A DNA stretch of 64,000 nt from an uncultured Thermotogae bacterium (GTDB taxonomy: Bacteria > Bipolaricaulota > Bipolaricaulia > RBG-16-55-9): assembly GCA_964567595.1 (NCBI GenBank), contig CAZMNF010000006.1, positions 2,125 to 66,124 on the forward strand, written 5' to 3'. The notes below the pieces were generated by a model that had not been told where the DNA came from, did not search any database, and saw only the letters and a list, made by a program, of their open reading frames with translations. A program made the position numbers and the translations under genes. Shown in pieces: positions 60,851-64,000 of the stretch (position 1 is its first letter; every line of letters starts with the position of its first letter).

Positions 60851-60928
60851 TGCGCGGCCTCGCCCGCAGCAAGATAAGCCCGTCCCGATGGACACAGCAC
60901 CCCGATATCTGAAGGAAAGGGAGCTCCC

Positions 60929-61972
60929 ATGACCGCTGGAATCTGTCTGCTCAACTTCGGCGAACCGCATGACACCTCACGCGAGACGATCGTCGACTTC
61001 CTCGCCCGGATCTTCTACACCAACGCCGTTTTGGAGGATGCCGACACGGACGAAGCCCGGTGGCAGCGCTCCTGCGAGCTGGCGGAGCGGCGCGCGTCGG
61101 GGCTGATCGAGGAGTACGAGGCTATCGGCGGGTCGCCGCACAATCCGCAATGTGAGGAGCAATCCCGTTTGTTAAAGACGGCATTGACCGAACGCGGCTT
61201 CGAGGTTGAGACGTTCGTCGGCATGCAGTATACGCCGCCCTTCATTGAGGATATGGTGGCCACCGCTCAAGCGGCGGGCGTGGATCAACTCGTCGCCGTC
61301 CCGGTCTATCCGCACTGCGGCCCGTCGACGACCGTCGCGGCCCTGAGCGAGCTGCGGCGGGCTTTGGCGGAGCGGAACTGGAACGTGCCCGTCCAGGAGA
61401 TTACCGGCTGGCATCGGCATCCGGGCTACACGCGTCTGCGCGTGGACAACATCCGCCAATTCGTGGCCGACCGCGGCCTCTCGCTTGAGGATCCCGACAC
61501 CGCGCTCGTCTTCTCCGCCCACGGGACGCCGATCCACTACGTCGAGAAGGGCTTCCGCTACGCCACCTACGTCGAGGAGTACTGCGACGCGATGGCCAAG
61601 CTGCTCGGCCCTTCAGCCTATAAGCTCGGCTATCAGAACCATTCCAACCGGGGCATCGAGTGGACTCAGCCTGAGGTGGACGACGTCGTCGCGGAGTTGG
61701 AGACCTCAAGAGCCGTTGTGGAGCCGGTCAGCTTCATGCACGAGCAGAGCGAAACGCTGTCCGAACTCGACATTGAGCTCCGCGAGGTTGCCGAGGAGCG
61801 CGAGGTCGAGTTCCATCGCGTTCCGATCCCCCACGACGACCCGCAGTTCGCCGAGGTGCTGGCCGACCTGGTCGAGCCATTTCTCGTCGGCATTTCCCCG
61901 ACGTACTACCAGTTCCGCCAGTGCCAGTGCCGACCCGAGCCGGGCACAATGTGTCTGAACGCCCCGCGCTGA
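60929..61972 (+). CDS. hemH: Ferrochelatase (probably coproporphyrin III ferrochelatase)
   Basis: LLNFGEP, IGGSP, GMQYTPPF, PVYP, FSAHGTP, YQN, SETLSELD; C-terminal CQC-x7-C. Confidence 0.92.
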   Translation: MTAGICLLNFGEPHDTSRETIVDFLARIFYTNAVLEDADTDEARWQRSCELAERRASGLIEEYEAIGGSPHNPQCEEQSRLLKTALTERGFEVETFVGMQYTPPFIEDMVATAQAAGVDQLVAVPVYPHCGPSTTVAALSELRRALAERNWNVPVQEITGWHRHPGYTRLRVDNIRQFVADRGLSLEDPDTALVFSAHGTPIHYVEKGFRYATYVEEYCDAMAKLLGPSAYKLGYQNHSNRGIEWTQPEVDDVVAELETSRAVVEPVSFMHEQSETLSELDIELREVAEEREVEFHRVPIPHDDPQFAEVLADLVEPFLVGISPTYYQFRQCQCRPEPGTMCLNAPR

Positions 61973-61974
61973 CC

Positions 61975-62298
61975 CTAGCGAGCCGGCCCCGAGCCGAGTT
62001 CGCCCGTGTCCTCGACGCGGCGCTGATACTTGCCGAGGGCCCGCTCCAGGGCGTCATCCAGGTCGACGCCGGTCTGATTGGCCAAACAGGTTAGCGAAAA
62101 GAGCACGTCGCCGAGCTCTTCCATCCACTCGCGCCCGGCGTGCAGCGGGGTCTCGCCGTACTCCGAATCCTGGAGGAGCTCGTCGGAAAGCTCGCCGACT
62201 TCGGACACCAGATCGAGCATCCAGACCATCGATCCACGATCGAGGTCGTGCTCGTTGATAAACTTGGCAACCTGTTGCTGACGCTCGCGCAGCTCCAT
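61975..62298 (-). CDS. MazG-like all-alpha NTP pyrophosphohydrolase
   Basis: LVSEVGELSDE and EELGDVLFSL; start ATG 62298. Confidence 0.85.
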   Translation of the reverse strand: MELRERQQQVAKFINEHDLDRGSMVWMLDLVSEVGELSDELLQDSEYGETPLHAGREWMEELGDVLFSLTCLANQTGVDLDDALERALGKYQRRVEDTGELGSGPAR

Positions 62299-62300
62299 AG

Positions 62301-62789
62301 CTAGAACTCGACAGTCACTCCAAAGGCAAAGTTGGGTCGGCCCAGTTCCGCCACGCTCGTCGGCACCTCCTCGCTCGGCGCCACGAAGAAGATCGCTTCC
62401 CCAAAAAGCGCCAGCGGCCCCACGGGCGCGCTCACGCCAGCCTTCAGCGCAGCGACGCTCGGCGGCACGGACTCGCTCGGCTCCCTGAGGTCGATCAGCG
62501 GTGCGATGCCGACGCTCGCTTCGAACAACAACGGCGCGCTGACCGTCAGGAAGGGCATCAGCCACGGGCCGCCGTCCGGAACGAGCCAGACCTCGGTGTC
62601 AATGGCCGCAGTGATGAACCAGAGCGGCAAGATGTCGATCGCGAGACGACCGACCGGCGCGCCCTCGTTGCCGATCACACCGGCTCCGGCGCCCACCTTC
62701 ACGTCGGCTTCGCCGATGGGCGCTAACACCATCGCGGCAAGCGAAGCGACGAGTATCGCAAGCGTCGCGCGTCCATGCTGCCGTCTCAC
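62301..62789 (-). CDS. Hypothetical outer-membrane beta-barrel-like protein
   Basis: Signal peptide after GTG 62789; Gly-rich alternating strands; ends NFAFGVTVEF. Start uncertain. Confidence 0.6.
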   Translation of the reverse strand: MRRQHGRATLAILVASLAAMVLAPIGEADVKVGAGAGVIGNEGAPVGRLAIDILPLWFITAAIDTEVWLVPDGGPWLMPFLTVSAPLLFEASVGIAPLIDLREPSESVPPSVAALKAGVSAPVGPLALFGEAIFFVAPSEEVPTSVAELGRPNFAFGVTVEF

Positions 62790-62841
62790 GATCGATCGCA
62801 AGCACGCTAGCGCATCGCCCGTCACGGCGACAAGGACGGGG

Positions 62842-62870
62842 TTCATGTTCGTCCACGACTGCGCTATCAT
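62842..62870 (+). promoter_or_regulatory. Promoter predicting a leaderless VanZ-family mRNA
   Basis: TTCATG (62842-62847), N17, TATCAT (62865-62870); ATG begins 7 nt after the -10 hexamer. Confidence 0.55.
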
Positions 62871-62876
62871 GGGGCT

Positions 62877-63287
62877 ATGCGTCGGCTCGCGTTCGTTCTC
62901 CGCTATTGGGGGCCGGCTCTGGCTTGGGCCGGGCTGATCGCCTATTTGTCCCACATTCCGTCGCTCTCGACGGGCGCGCCGGGCGTCTGGGATCTCGTCG
63001 TGCGCAAGATCGGTCACGTTGGCGAATACGCCCTGCTGACGTTCCTGCTGTGGCGCGCGCTGCGCGCTCACGGATCAGCCCCTTCGCGGGTTCTGCTCTG
63101 GAGCGGAACGTTGGCGCTCGGCTTCGCGGTAAGCGACGAGTTCCATCAGTCGTTCATTCCGGGCCGTGAGGGGGCCCTGCGCGACGTCCTCATTGACACG
63201 GTCGGTGTCGGCGCTGCGCTGTGGATTGTCCGTTGGGAAGCGAAAATCCCTTATATGTTTGTTGCAATCAGAAACGACGATGACTAG
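62877..63287 (+). CDS. VanZ-family membrane protein
   Basis: RKIGHVGEY, SDEFHQSFIPGR, DVLID. Confidence 0.9.
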   Translation: MRRLAFVLRYWGPALAWAGLIAYLSHIPSLSTGAPGVWDLVVRKIGHVGEYALLTFLLWRALRAHGSAPSRVLLWSGTLALGFAVSDEFHQSFIPGREGALRDVLIDTVGVGAALWIVRWEAKIPYMFVAIRNDDD

Positions 63288-63345
63288 ACTCCATTCTGTA
63301 CGGGGGAAGCCTGTCGAGAGGGGCAATTAACAAGGAGGGCCTATC

Positions 63346-64000
63346 ATGCGTAAGCCACTGCCAAGGCGGACTCAAGGGATGCTGGCCATCGGGATCGGCA
63401 TCCTTATCGCCGGACTGCTCAGCGCGGGGCCAGCCTGGGCCCGCACCATCTCCGTTCCGGGCGATGCTGGGTCAATCAGCGGCGCCATCCAGCAGGCATT
63501 TGAGGGCGACGTCATCGTCGTCTCGCCGGGAACCTATCGGGAGACGCTGCAAATCACGAACGAATCCAACATTACGATCCGTGCCCAGAATCCGGGCACC
63601 GTAACGATCCGAGCCGACTCGGACGAGCCAACGATCGCCATCCAGGACTCGGATCAAATCACGATCAAGGGCATCAACGTCCGGAGCGGGGAGGTCCTGG
63701 ATCCGGAAACGCTTGAGACGGCGCCCGGCGGCGGCGGGATCGTCGTCCAGAACAGCGAGTCCATCCTACTCGAGGAGATGGAGCTGGTTGAAAACATCGG
63801 CCGCAGCATCGAGATCTCCGGCAGTACGGCGACCCTCCGCAAGATTACCATCCCTAAGCCCGTCACGGAGTCAGAGGACCAAGAGATCAACGGCATCCAG
63901 ATCACCAACGACTCCGACGTGACCGTCGAGAACACGACGATCACGGAGAACCCCGGCGACGGCATCCTCGTGCAGAACGCCGCGCTGACCTACAATGGCG
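63346..64000 (+). CDS. Partial (3' truncated) secreted right-handed beta-helix (pectin-lyase-like) protein
   Basis: SD AGGAGG, ATG 63346, signal peptide, TISVPGD..SISGAIQQA..GDVIVVSPGTYRE, repeats GIQITNDSDVTVENTTITENPGDGILV; frame open to the window end. Confidence 0.85.
   Translation, partial: MRKPLPRRTQGMLAIGIGILIAGLLSAGPAWARTISVPGDAGSISGAIQQAFEGDVIVVSPGTYRETLQITNESNITIRAQNPGTVTIRADSDEPTIAIQDSDQITIKGINVRSGEVLDPETLETAPGGGGIVVQNSESILLEEMELVENIGRSIEISGSTATLRKITIPKPVTESEDQEINGIQITNDSDVTVENTTITENPGDGILVQNAALTYNG

Overview
High-GC bacterial chromosomal window, mostly housekeeping. It carries the core translation/transcription supercluster on the minus strand (rpoC, rpsL-rpsG-fusA, S10, spc and alpha blocks, about 23.5-46.6 kb). 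Flanking it are lipid genes (plsY, plsC), rpsA, an ahcY/CBS/cystathionine-lyase sulfur block interleaved with rpsI and rpmE, rsmA, tRNA-Leu(CAA), a lone tyrosine recombinase, an ABC-2 exporter, pcrA, hpf, rimI, groESL with a CIRCE element, an archaeal-type Lhr helicase, and hemA-chdC-hemH. Many proteins are strongly acidic or carry acidic tails, suggesting a salt-in halophile. A very large multi-insert RpoC, beta-barrel-like proteins ending in Phe and a T9SS-like C-terminal domain suggest a deep-branching diderm such as Bipolaricaulota (Acetothermia); this is inference from recalled sequence style, not a database result. No CRISPR array, prophage, IS element or rRNA is visible, and I cannot support a complete new multi-gene system. 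The best leads are: (1) a remodelled ribosome/RNAP gene set (uS11 lacking its conserved C-terminal tail; no rpmD, infA, tuf or rplM at their usual positions; rpoC detached from rpoB with its own promoter and long leader); (2) envelope proteins (an Omp-alpha-like coiled-coil spacer, a CAP protein with a T9SS-like sorting domain, an MMPL exporter with an unknown exported partner); (3) a candidate SAH-riboswitch-like leader on ahcY; (4) a PP-loop tRNA-sulfurase homologue with a degenerate ATP site; (5) repeated leaderless or short-leader promoter architecture. All family assignments come from motif recognition by eye, and several start codons were moved from the ORF track.
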